DNA from: Fastidiosibacter lacustris
GTDB taxonomy: Bacteria > Pseudomonadota > Gammaproteobacteria > Francisellales > Francisellaceae
DNA length: 32,000 nucleotides
Direction: 5' to 3'
Assembly (NCBI RefSeq): GCF_003428155.1
Contig: NZ_QLIR01000006.1
Coordinates: 60,539-92,538, forward strand
The notes under the pieces were generated by a model. The model made no database searches and was not told where the DNA came from. It saw only the letters and a list, made by a program, of their open reading frames with translations. Of this stretch, positions 1 through 8,924 are shown piece after piece. Position numbers and translations under genes: made by a program. The stretch's first letter is position 1; every line of letters begins with the position of its first letter.

Positions 1-2
1 CA

Positions 3-515
3 GGTGAATGGGGTTATGGCATCAATGGTGGTTATCTTTATAATGTAAATGGTACAAATAATTCATTTAACGCTGCTACAAACCTTGGAACAACTAAAAC
101 ACGCATTGGTGCAGTAAACTTTGATGCAAGTCTAAATTACGATGTCTATGGTGTGGGCGCTGGTTGGGCTCAAACGACGAATAAATCTAGTATAACAAAC
201 AACGGTTATGCTGGTGCGTGGTATGTGCAGGCGGGGTTTTCTCCAGAGATCTATGGTCGCTCAACTAACTTTAATATCTCTTATAACGGTTCTTATAACA
301 CAAACGATATTCCAGTCACGCTAAGCGGTAGTGCGGTTAACGAGTATAAGCCCGCTAATGTTGTAGCAGGGGGTGTAAATAAAATGGTTGTAGCATCTGC
401 GCAACGTCCATTCTTTACTGAAAATGTATTGCTTGGTTTGGAGTACGCTTACATGCATATGTACAACAATCAGCATGCTAATGCCTATACGCTAGATATT
501 TCTGTGTATTTCTAA
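3..515 (+). CDS. C-terminal part of an outer-membrane beta-barrel/porin-like protein (truncated by window edge; possibly LbtU/siderophore-porin-like)
   Basis: Frame is open from base 3 (GEWGYGINGGYLYNVNG...) through the listed ORF to TAA at 513-515; alternating Gly/aromatic pattern and terminal ...LDISVYF with C-terminal Phe typical of OM barrels. Family name is a guess. Confidence 0.55.
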   Translation, partial: GEWGYGINGGYLYNVNGTNNSFNAATNLGTTKTRIGAVNFDASLNYDVYGVGAGWAQTTNKSSITNNGYAGAWYVQAGFSPEIYGRSTNFNISYNGSYNTNDIPVTLSGSAVNEYKPANVVAGGVNKMVVASAQRPFFTENVLLGLEYAYMHMYNNQHANAYTLDISVYF

Positions 516-525
516 TCTAATAGTT

Positions 526-545
526 GTGATCCTTTAAAGGATCAC
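526..545. repeat. 20-bp perfect palindrome GTGATCCTTTAAAGGATCAC just after the porin-like stop codon
   Basis: Read directly; no convincing T-tract after it, so only possibly a terminator. Confidence 0.5.
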
Positions 546-758
546 TCTATCAAGATCGATTGCCAATTGTGTTATTGCTTGTAATGCTATTTTGCTACTA
601 AATGCATATCTTAAAATGGGGAAAAATATAAAGAGGAAAGAGCAAAGCAAATGATGAATTGAATCTCACCTGTAACGTGGCAACATATCAATTTCCACTG
701 GAATATATAAGTTTATGTCGAGAAACTCTGCCCCAGATATTGAAGTAATATCAAATTT

Positions 759-1685
759 TTATATGCTTACAGAGTCCGGAATGTAGGAACCAAATAAAGA
801 AAAAATGAAATAGAGTGCGAAAAAACTCACAAAGCCAGCAATTGGCAGAAACGTGACCAAAAAATCTTTATCTAAGCCTTGCTCTTCTGCAAAAATAATT
901 ACCAAAAAACTTGGTGGTAAGCATGCACTAATCAAAATTACCATTTTTGCATAACCGGAAACATCAAAAAGTGAAACAAAAGCAAAAGCAATTCCATACC
1001 CCACTAGCATTTTTACAAATAGTGTCACTATAGACGGAAGCACATGTTTAGGGAAATATATGAAACGATATCCTAGGACAAACATAACCGCAGGTAAAAT
1101 TAGATAACCAACGCTATTTAGCCCTTCGCTCAGGTAATAATTCATACCTCCAAAGATAAAATGTATAAGCAGACCACAAACTACTGAAAGAGGTATTGGA
1201 CCTAAAAAGAAGCTTCGAATAAATTTAAAGGACATGTGCTGCTTCGTGCCATAATAACAAGTAATAAAATAATTGAAGGTAAAAAGAATAATTGCATGTG
1301 TGATATCAAAAACAAAGAAAGTCGGTAGCGCTGGAGATCCATACAACAATAACACCAATGCTAAACCAATACTCCCTCCTTCTAAAGACGAGAAAGCCGC
1401 TACAAAAGAACCAGCTTCTATAGGTTTAATTTTTCTAATCCTAATATAGGCTATTGATACCACAAACAGCCCCAATACAACGCAAACAGTAGCAAGAGGT
1501 AGTAATATTAAAGACGGTGAGATTTTAATGTTCGCCATTGCTGATATAATCATACATGGCAATAGTAGGAAAGAAATACTTTGACTAATCCATTTCAAAA
1601 GTCGTTCAGAAACCCACGCACGCCTGCAACATAAAAATCCCAAAATACCAGCCAATACAGGAATAAGTAAGTTTAAAATTAGCAT
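759..1685 (-). CDS. AEC-like (auxin efflux carrier family-type) permease
   Basis: 308 aa, about 10 hydrophobic segments, MLILNLLIPVLAGILGFLCCRRAWV...LLKWISQSISFLLLPCMIISAM layout. Confidence 0.55.
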   Translation of the reverse strand: MLILNLLIPVLAGILGFLCCRRAWVSERLLKWISQSISFLLLPCMIISAMANIKISPSLILLPLATVCVVLGLFVVSIAYIRIRKIKPIEAGSFVAAFSSLEGGSIGLALVLLLYGSPALPTFFVFDITHAIILFTFNYFITCYYGTKQHMSFKFIRSFFLGPIPLSVVCGLLIHFIFGGMNYYLSEGLNSVGYLILPAVMFVLGYRFIYFPKHVLPSIVTLFVKMLVGYGIAFAFVSLFDVSGYAKMVILISACLPPSFLVIIFAEEQGLDKDFLVTFLPIAGFVSFFALYFIFSLFGSYIPDSVSI

Positions 1686-1688
1686 TTT

Positions 1689-2393
1689 CTATACCGAGAA
1701 TAATTTATAAAGAATCTCAGACACCCCATACCCTGCGGGTTTTGAAGAGACGTGCCCCTTTCTATCGTACACTACTTTTTGTACGTCAGTTTTCGCATTT
1801 GAAACGGTACAAGGTATAATTCGACTGTCAGCGAGGAGTCCTATGTCATTTTCACCATCCCCCACATAGTAGATTTCAGCATCTTGCGGCAAATATTGGA
1901 GCAAATTCACTTTATCTATTCTTGGCGGAACGACGTCTAAACCGCCATCGCCATCTGGGTAGGAATAGACACAAAGGTTCCATCCTTCGTCACTAATAAA
2001 GTCTTTGATTTTTTTCTCAGCTATCAAGACTTGAGAACCAAATTTTTTAGACCAAATAGATCGCTTTGGCTCTTCTCTGTAGGGAGGTAAATTTAATTGA
2101 CCAATTTTTGCTTGAAAAGCTGATAAATCTGCGTTAGCAGGCTGTACGTAATCAATTTTGTCAGAGGGTATAACAATATGCCCGCCATTTTCCGCACAAA
2201 TCATCCATGTATTAAGTTGAATATTAGCAGCAATTTCCTTTAGCAAGGGATAATCCTTTCCAGAGGCAAGAAATAATTTTACGCCGATTTCTTCTAATGC
2301 CACAAATTGTTGCATTAATTTTTCTGGAATTGGGTATCCAGGCATTTCAAGCGTTCCATCACGATCAAATCCCACATAAATATTATGCAACAT
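1689..2393 (-). CDS. HAD-superfamily hydrolase / Cof-like phosphatase
   Basis: GFDRDGTLEMPG (motif I), LFLASGKDYPLLKEI, ENGG, and YYVGDGENDIGLLADS (motif IV) are characteristic of Cof-type HAD phosphatases. Confidence 0.8.
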   Translation of the reverse strand: MLHNIYVGFDRDGTLEMPGYPIPEKLMQQFVALEEIGVKLFLASGKDYPLLKEIAANIQLNTWMICAENGGHIVIPSDKIDYVQPANADLSAFQAKIGQLNLPPYREEPKRSIWSKKFGSQVLIAEKKIKDFISDEGWNLCVYSYPDGDGGLDVVPPRIDKVNLLQYLPQDAEIYYVGDGENDIGLLADSRIIPCTVSNAKTDVQKVVYDRKGHVSSKPAGYGVSEILYKLFSV

Positions 2394-2500
2394 AGCGTCT
2401 CCTTAATGTTAATTTTAAAATATCTGCTTTAATGCCGGTCACAGAATAGTACCTGATAAAGTACTTTTTGTGTTCTATATGTAATTTTTGTTATTTCTTT

Positions 2501-3697
2501 CTACTTTGTAAATGCCACAGAATCTCTTAAAAATAAAGATTCTTTGCGAGGGCTATCTTGAGTAATATGATTTAATGCAATTTTCCTATTGTTGTAGTGC
2601 GACAGAAGGAACTCCTGTTTGCCAAGCACAGGCGCTTGATTTGTCATTTTTACGCAACGGACAATCTCTTTTGCCGCTTCGAAAGCAAGACTTAGTTTTG
2701 TAGGCCACACACCAAGAATTCCTGGGGTTACTTGGTATATGTATGCTTGATTAGGTCGACCACCTTGCCCCAAGTCACTACTTTCTATTTTTGTGGCATT
2801 ATATACAAAAGCGGTTAACCCAGACAGTCCTTTCAATAAAGGGAAAAGCCTAAAGAGTGATTGAATCTGTTGATTGAGATGGGATTTATCATTTGTATCG
2901 TCTTGCTCTGTTTCAATAACAGGATCAGTTCCAAACGTATACAACCAGTAAATCTTATTGCCTTTGTATTGTGGCACAATAAACATTTTCAACCCTGGAA
3001 ATAGTACACTCAGATTTGGCAAATTTCCCTCTAGAACAAGTACCTGACAGCGTCTTTTTTGCATATTTTGAGGTATTTTCCCAGGGATGTCGATCAAATC
3101 TACCAAGGCATCGTTACCAGAACCAGCGCATAAAATAACATACTTGGCTTCTATTTTCTTTTGTTGCTTATTATTTACCAAAATTACCTCATGCAGCCCA
3201 CTAGAGCTTTCAGTAATTTTAGTGATGTTACCAACAATAAATGAATGAGTAAGTTCAAGACTGAGTCTATCTATCAATGATTGACCACTAAATAACATAT
3301 GGGGAAATTGATAAAAAGTGTTGCAAGCACTTCTTGCTAAGACATCAGGAACTCTTTTAGTCCTTTCAAAAGGGATAGATGCCCCGCGCCAAGAATCCAA
3401 CCACATAGCCTCATCATCAACAGAATTAAATCCAATATAAGATTGATTCACTGTTGTTTTTAACTGCAACTCCTGAAGTAGCGACTCCCAATGTTGATAG
3501 GTGTTATTTAGAGTACGAGCAAAATCTACCTCTCGGTAGAAATGACCTCGATGCAAATAAAATTGTGATCTAAGTGTCTGCATTCCACCGATATGTTCAT
3601 TTGTAACACATAGCACAGAAGCTCCTTCTGATCTGAGTTTTTTTGTAAGAATTAATCCTTGTATTCCTGCACCTACCACAACGACGTCAACTTTCAT
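2501..3697 (-). CDS. FAD-dependent oxidoreductase (DAO-like)
   Basis: N-terminal dinucleotide-binding motif VDVVVVGAGIQGLILTKKLRSEGASVLCV and a later YVILCAGSGND segment. Confidence 0.8.
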   Translation of the reverse strand: MKVDVVVVGAGIQGLILTKKLRSEGASVLCVTNEHIGGMQTLRSQFYLHRGHFYREVDFARTLNNTYQHWESLLQELQLKTTVNQSYIGFNSVDDEAMWLDSWRGASIPFERTKRVPDVLARSACNTFYQFPHMLFSGQSLIDRLSLELTHSFIVGNITKITESSSGLHEVILVNNKQQKKIEAKYVILCAGSGNDALVDLIDIPGKIPQNMQKRRCQVLVLEGNLPNLSVLFPGLKMFIVPQYKGNKIYWLYTFGTDPVIETEQDDTNDKSHLNQQIQSLFRLFPLLKGLSGLTAFVYNATKIESSDLGQGGRPNQAYIYQVTPGILGVWPTKLSLAFEAAKEIVRCVKMTNQAPVLGKQEFLLSHYNNRKIALNHITQDSPRKESLFLRDSVAFTK

Positions 3698-4035
3698 AAA
3701 ATCACCCTTCCCCTAATTGTGTAGAAATTTGCTATCCATGAGCTACAAACCGTAGAGTATCCTTGCAATAGGGTTGCTAAAAAATCAGGCGTAGCTCAGT
3801 ATTTGATAATTTACAACCTTTGCTTATTAGCTTGCAAGAACTTTTCAAAATAAGTTATCGAAAGCGTAGGATCTATATTCCAAATCAGGTTAAGAGGGCT
3901 GTTCAAAATCTGACGATGAGGTCGATATTTTAATTGACGGAAGGGACTGGAGTGATTTAGTTCTACGAAGAGAGCTTAAAAAAGAGTTGATTGATCGTTG
4001 TAATGCTGTATATGGGAATATTTTTTCTTTAAATA

Positions 4036-4112
4036 TGGCGGAATGGACGGGACTCGAACCCGCGACCCCCTGCGTGACAGGCAGGTATTCTAACCAACTG
4101 AACTACCACTCC
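4036..4112 (-). tRNA. tRNA-Asp(GTC)
   Basis: Reverse complement GGAGTGGTAGTTCAGTTGGTTAGAATACCTGCCTGTCACGCAGGGGGTCGCGGGTTCGAGTCCCGTCCATTCCGCCA folds as a cloverleaf; anticodon loop CTGTCAC; encoded CCA. Confidence 0.96.
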
Positions 4113-4121
4113 GCGATTTTA

Positions 4122-4197
4122 TGGTGCCGACACCAGGACTTGAACCCGGAACCTGCCGATTACAAGTCGGCTGCTCTACCAGTTGAGCCATGTCGGC
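4122..4197 (-). tRNA. tRNA-Thr(TGT)
   Basis: Reverse complement GCCGACATGGCTCAACTGGTAGAGCAGCCGACTTGTAATCGGCAGGTTCCGGGTTCAAGTCCTGGTGTCGGCACCA; anticodon loop CTTGTAA; encoded CCA. Confidence 0.96.
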
Positions 4198-4208
4198 AAC
4201 AAGATGGC

Positions 4209-4236
4209 ATTCTATAGGTTTCAGAATATAAGTCAA
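4209..4236 (-). promoter_or_regulatory. Putative sigma70 promoter for tRNA-Thr/tRNA-Asp
   Basis: Minus strand TTGACT (4236-4231), 16-bp spacer, TAGAAT (4214-4209), about 12 bp upstream of tRNA-Thr. Confidence 0.65.
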
Positions 4237-4539
4237 CAGGTGAGTTTCAAAAAAAACATAAAAAATTTGAAGTTTAAGATCTCTTTGAAGATCGGAATTA
4301 TTGATGTTAAATTCGAGATTGGGTATAAGTTTTTTTATTTTTTAACGGGTTGTATATGAACAGGAATATCCCTTATAGAAAGTTTAAACACAATCTGGAT
4401 TTCGCATTTTTCAATCTAGCATTTTGGAATGATTGAGATCATACTTTTTAACAAAAAATAATAGTTTACCGAGGCTTTGAAATAGCAGTGCATAGGTATA
4501 TACTTGCTTACGAAAATTTGACAAAAAGGAGGAAATAAC

Positions 4540-5700
4540 ATGGATAACTTTATTTATTACAATCCAACATGCATTTTTTTTGGAAAGGGTGAAATTAAAC
4601 AACTGGCAATAGCAATTGATCGAAAACTTAAGGTATTGCTTGTCTATGGTGGTGGCAGCATTAAAGTTAATCGCGTTTATGATCAAGTCATGAATGCGTT
4701 AAAAGCACATCAAGTTTTGGAGTTTTCAGGGATCGAACCAAATCCTGAATACGAAACTTGTATGAAGGTAGTGGAATATATTCATGTCAATAACGTTGAT
4801 TTTGTTTTGGCTGTTGGCGGTGGTTCGGTAATTGACGCAGTCAAATTTATCGTTGCAGCTGCAAAATTTAAAGGAGATCCTTGGGATATTTTAGCTAAAA
4901 ATGCAGATATCACTGAAGTCTTGCCTTTTGGTTCAGTATTAACCTTACCTGCAACTGGTTCTGAGATGAATAATAATTCAGTCATTTCTCGTCGTGCGTT
5001 CAATAAAAAACTTTTTTTCTCACATGATAAAGTTTATCCCGTATTCTCAATCCTTGATCCAGAAACAACATATACCTTGCCATCAAGACAAGTAGCAAAT
5101 GGAATAGTCGATGCTTTTGTTCATGTAATGGAACAATATTTAACCTACCCACAGAATGCACCTTTGCAAGATAGATTTGCTGAAGGAATCTTGCAAACAT
5201 TAATTGAAGAAGGGCAAAAAGTGCTTATTAACCCTCATAATTACGATGTGCGTGCTAACATTATGTGGGCAGCAGCTCTGGCCTTAAACACACTTATTGA
5301 AAAGGGCGTTAAGACAGATTGGGCAACGCATATGATTGGTCATGAATTAACAGCGATTTATGGTTTGGATCACGCACAAACTTTAGCCATTATTTTGCCG
5401 AATGTAATGAAGTATAAGCGCGAGAAGAAAGCTGATAAACTTGTCCAATATGCTGAACGTGTTTGGGGTGTTGATAAAGCATTATCGAGTGAACAAAAAA
5501 TCAATTTGGGAATAGAGAAAACGCGAGCTTTTTTTGAGAAGATGGGCAATCCTACTACGATCAGTGCATACAGCTTAAGTAAAGGTAAATTCGATGCCAT
5601 TATAGAAAATTTAAGGCAAAATGGCAGATTTCAACTTGGTGAACATCAAGATATTACGCTCGAAGATAGTCGTAAAATCCTTGAAATGAGCTTTGAGTAA
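4540..5700 (+). CDS. Iron-containing (butanol/NAD(P)H-dependent) alcohol dehydrogenase, YqhD/BdhA-like
   Basis: 386 aa, IFFGKGEIKQL, VGGGSVIDAVKFI, GSEMNNNSVISR, THMIGHELTAIYGLDHAQTLAI metal-binding motif; RBS AAGGAGG upstream. Confidence 0.88.
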   Translation: MDNFIYYNPTCIFFGKGEIKQLAIAIDRKLKVLLVYGGGSIKVNRVYDQVMNALKAHQVLEFSGIEPNPEYETCMKVVEYIHVNNVDFVLAVGGGSVIDAVKFIVAAAKFKGDPWDILAKNADITEVLPFGSVLTLPATGSEMNNNSVISRRAFNKKLFFSHDKVYPVFSILDPETTYTLPSRQVANGIVDAFVHVMEQYLTYPQNAPLQDRFAEGILQTLIEEGQKVLINPHNYDVRANIMWAAALALNTLIEKGVKTDWATHMIGHELTAIYGLDHAQTLAIILPNVMKYKREKKADKLVQYAERVWGVDKALSSEQKINLGIEKTRAFFEKMGNPTTISAYSLSKGKFDAIIENLRQNGRFQLGEHQDITLEDSRKILEMSFE

Positions 5701-5811
5701 TATTTTTTTGATAACATACTAGTCAGCCCCCTTATTTTTGCTTTAAACTTTTAGTTGGAAAAGTTTAATGAAGCCTTCTGCGAATAACAGAAGAAGCAAA
5801 AAGGAGTTTAT

Positions 5812-6198
5812 ATGACCACAGTGACAAGACCAAAACGAGTGTATGCAGCCATTTGGATGCTCTATGCAGCAAGTATTCTTGGGCTTTTAGATTTGTTGAC
5901 TTCATCAACTTTAATTATTCAGCCTGAGAATTTGATCTGGATTGATGTCATTGCTTATCTTGTAATGATTGGAGCCGCTTTTGTGATTAGTTTAGGAGTG
6001 AAAGCTGCTAAAGTCGTTTATATTATTCTCGCTGTGATGTGGTATTTAGCTCTTATCTTCTACTTGCCTGAACGTTATGGTCATCCGCTTAATTTTTGGT
6101 TGGCGTTTATAGAAATCATCTTGATCATTGCTGCGTTTTATATCTTATACCAACCAAAAGCAATGCGTTGGTTTAAACATGTGAAAGCATCATCTTAA
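5812..6198 (+). CDS. Small predicted integral membrane protein (about 4 TM), unknown function
   Basis: 128 aa, RBS AAGGAG 6 bp before ATG; four hydrophobic segments. Confidence 0.75.
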   Translation: MTTVTRPKRVYAAIWMLYAASILGLLDLLTSSTLIIQPENLIWIDVIAYLVMIGAAFVISLGVKAAKVVYIILAVMWYLALIFYLPERYGHPLNFWLAFIEIILIIAAFYILYQPKAMRWFKHVKASS

Positions 6199-6385
6199 CT
6201 GCTTTTACATATTTCGTGCTTTTGCTAGATAAGCTTATTGTGTTCACGAGAACGGGACACTCATAGCCACAAGCTAACAAGGTGGTTTGTTTGTCATCGT
6301 GTACAAAACTCATTGTAGCCGACATTGTCAAATCATTCATAACTGATATACTTTTGCTACATTCGTTTATATGGATTTATAAGCT

Positions 6386-7273
6386 GTGCTTACGTTTCAA
6401 GAAATTATATTTAAACTTCAACAATATTGGGCTGAAAAAGGTTGTATGATTGTTCAGCCTTTAGATATGGAGGTCGGTGCAGGCACCTTTCACCCGTCGA
6501 CTTTTTTGCGTGCAATTGGTCCTGAGAGCTGGAATGCAGCTTATGTTCAGCCATCACGCAGACCAACGGATGGTCGTTATGGTGACAATCCAAATCGTGG
6601 GCAGCATTATTATCAATTTCAAGTGGTAATGAAGCCTTCACCAAAGGATTTTCAGGAGTTGTATTTGGGGTCGTTGTGTCTATTGGGAATTGATCCTCTA
6701 GAACATGATATTCGTTTTGTAGAAGACAATTGGGAGTCTCCAACTCTCGGTGCTTGGGGTTTAGGTTGGGAAGTATGGGCAAATGGTATGGAAGTGACGC
6801 AATTTACCTATTTTCAGCAAGTTGGGGGGTTGGAGTGTAAACCCATAACTGGCGAGATCACTTATGGTCTTGAGCGTTTGGCAATGTATTTGCAAAACGT
6901 TGATAGCATGTATGATTTATTATGGGCAAACACTGCAATGGGACCGGTTTATTATCGTGATGTATTCCAGCAAAATGAGCGAGAAATGTCACAATATAAC
7001 TTCGAAGAAGCAGATGTAGAACATTTGTTTAATGAGTTTGAGTTTTTGGAGAAGGAAAGTGCGCGTCTTTTGGAAAAAGGTTTAGCATTACCTGCCTATG
7101 AGATGATGTTAAAGGCCTCACATGCATTTAATATGCTTGATGCTCGCCATGCCATTTCAGCTACTGAGCGACAGCGCTATATCTTGCGTGTGCGTGCTTT
7201 ATCAAGAGCTGTAGCCGAAGTGTATTATAGATCACGTGAAAAACTAGGGTTTCCTGTTTTACAAAATATTTAA
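6386..7273 (+). CDS. glyQ: Glycine--tRNA ligase alpha subunit (GTG start)
   Basis: [70 protein letters not shown] is a hallmark GlyQ N-terminus. Confidence 0.97.
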   Translation: MLTFQEIIFKLQQYWAEKGCMIVQPLDMEVGAGTFHPSTFLRAIGPESWNAAYVQPSRRPTDGRYGDNPNRGQHYYQFQVVMKPSPKDFQELYLGSLCLLGIDPLEHDIRFVEDNWESPTLGAWGLGWEVWANGMEVTQFTYFQQVGGLECKPITGEITYGLERLAMYLQNVDSMYDLLWANTAMGPVYYRDVFQQNEREMSQYNFEEADVEHLFNEFEFLEKESARLLEKGLALPAYEMMLKASHAFNMLDARHAISATERQRYILRVRALSRAVAEVYYRSREKLGFPVLQNI

Positions 7274-7337
7274 ATCTTATCCCCATATATCGTCTTTTAT
7301 GGCATCATAGCGAGCAAATTCGCTAAAAGGGACAATT

Positions 7338-8924
7338 ATGTTCATTATCTTCTTAATTCTTGCATTTATAATCGGTTTGACAGTCGGGATCATTGTCATA
7401 AGACTAAGTTCAAAAGAGCTTAAGAACAAACTTAAAATACTTGAGGTTTCAATTGATGATTTAACCAGAACGAATCTGGAAACAGCAGCAGAGCTTCAGC
7501 AAAAAAAAGAACAAAACTTAATACTAAATACCGAGCATAAGCATTATCAAGAACACCAACAAAAACTCATTCAAGAGTTAAGCTTATTTAAGCAAAAATT
7601 TGAAATTAGAAATGATGAAGTCATAAAACTACAAAATAAATCAGCCACTGATGATGCTAAGGCAGATGCTTTAAATTCAGAAGTTTTACGTTTAAAGCAA
7701 GAATTAGTTGAGCTTAAAAAACAATATCAAGAAACGATTGAGCGTGCAAATAATAAACTAGAAGCACTCGGGACAGAAAAGTCAAATTTGCAAGCAGAAG
7801 TATCTAAGCTTGGTAAACATATAGAAGCACAAAGCCAAAGTGCACAAGAGAAAATAACACTATTGGAAAATGCCAAGACAAGCTTAACCGAGCAGTTTGA
7901 AAATTTAGCTAATCGCATTTTTGAAGAAAAAGGAGAGAAGTTTGTCAATCAGAATAAGCTTAATCTTGCGGAGATACTACAACCTTTCAAAAACGATATA
8001 ACTGAATTTAAAAAGAAAGTTGATGATGTATATGTGCATGAAGCAAAAGAGCGTGCTTCACTGCAAAAAGAAGTCAATAAATTATTTGAACTTAATCAAG
8101 AAATGAATAAAGAAGCGAAGAACCTCACCAAAGCTTTAAAAGGAGATAAAAAACTGCAAGGTGATTGGGGTGAGGTGATATTGGAACGTGTGCTTGAATC
8201 ATCAGGTTTACGTAAAAGTTACGAATATGAAGTCCAAAATAGCTATAAAGCACAAGATGAAGAGGATAAAGATGTGCATTTGCGACCTGACGTCATTGTT
8301 CATTTACCAGATGGCAAAGATGTAATTATTGATGCTAAAGTATCACTTGTTAGTTATGAAGCGTACACGCGTTCAGAGTCAGAAGCAATGCGTTTAGAGT
8401 GTTTGAAAAAACATATTGGGGCGATTCGACAGCATATTAATCTATTATCAGATAAAGGTTATGAAGCCTTGTCAAGGCTTAACTCTCTTGATTTTATTTT
8501 GATGTTTATGCCAATTGAAGCAGCTTTTGTTGTTGCATTTCAGCATGATGATGCGCTTTTCCACGAAGCATTTAAAAAACGGATTATCATTGTGACACCC
8601 ACAACTTTGCTTGCTACATTAGGTACGATTAGGAATACTTGGAACTATGAAAGATTAAATAAAAATGCAAGTGAAATTACAGAACGTGCTACTAAGATGC
8701 TTGATAAATTTAGAGGATTTGTTGAGGATATTGAGTCTTTAGGTAAGCAAATTGATAAGTCAAAGGAATGTTATGAGGGTGCACTCAATAAACTCAGCAA
8801 AGGACGAGGAAATTTGATTTCTCAGGCACTACAACTAGAAAACATGGGTGTTCAAATGAGAAAAACGTTGCCTCAAGATATATTGGATCAAGCAGAAGTA
8901 GAACCTAATAATGAAGATAAATAG
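7338..8924 (+). CDS. rmuC: DNA recombination protein RmuC
   Basis: N-terminal TM plus long coiled coil, then GDKKLQGDWGEVILERVLESSGLRKSYEYEVQ and DVIVHLPDGKDVIIDAKVSLVSYEAY, both RmuC motifs. Confidence 0.93.
   Translation: MFIIFLILAFIIGLTVGIIVIRLSSKELKNKLKILEVSIDDLTRTNLETAAELQQKKEQNLILNTEHKHYQEHQQKLIQELSLFKQKFEIRNDEVIKLQNKSATDDAKADALNSEVLRLKQELVELKKQYQETIERANNKLEALGTEKSNLQAEVSKLGKHIEAQSQSAQEKITLLENAKTSLTEQFENLANRIFEEKGEKFVNQNKLNLAEILQPFKNDITEFKKKVDDVYVHEAKERASLQKEVNKLFELNQEMNKEAKNLTKALKGDKKLQGDWGEVILERVLESSGLRKSYEYEVQNSYKAQDEEDKDVHLRPDVIVHLPDGKDVIIDAKVSLVSYEAYTRSESEAMRLECLKKHIGAIRQHINLLSDKGYEALSRLNSLDFILMFMPIEAAFVVAFQHDDALFHEAFKKRIIIVTPTTLLATLGTIRNTWNYERLNKNASEITERATKMLDKFRGFVEDIESLGKQIDKSKECYEGALNKLSKGRGNLISQALQLENMGVQMRKTLPQDILDQAEVEPNNEDK

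Noticed and set aside
3987-4217. 76-aa ORF (MIDRCNAVYGNIFSLNMAEWTGLEPATPCVTGRYSNQ...)
   Set aside because: Most of it is a translation antisense through tRNA-Asp and tRNA-Thr; EWTGLEPATPCVTGRYSNQ is the familiar spurious tRNA-derived peptide.
4411-5600. Minus-strand ORFs 4411-4686, 4782-5003, 5000-5200, 5370-5600
   Set aside because: Antisense to or overlapping the well-supported iron alcohol dehydrogenase; no protein-like signatures.
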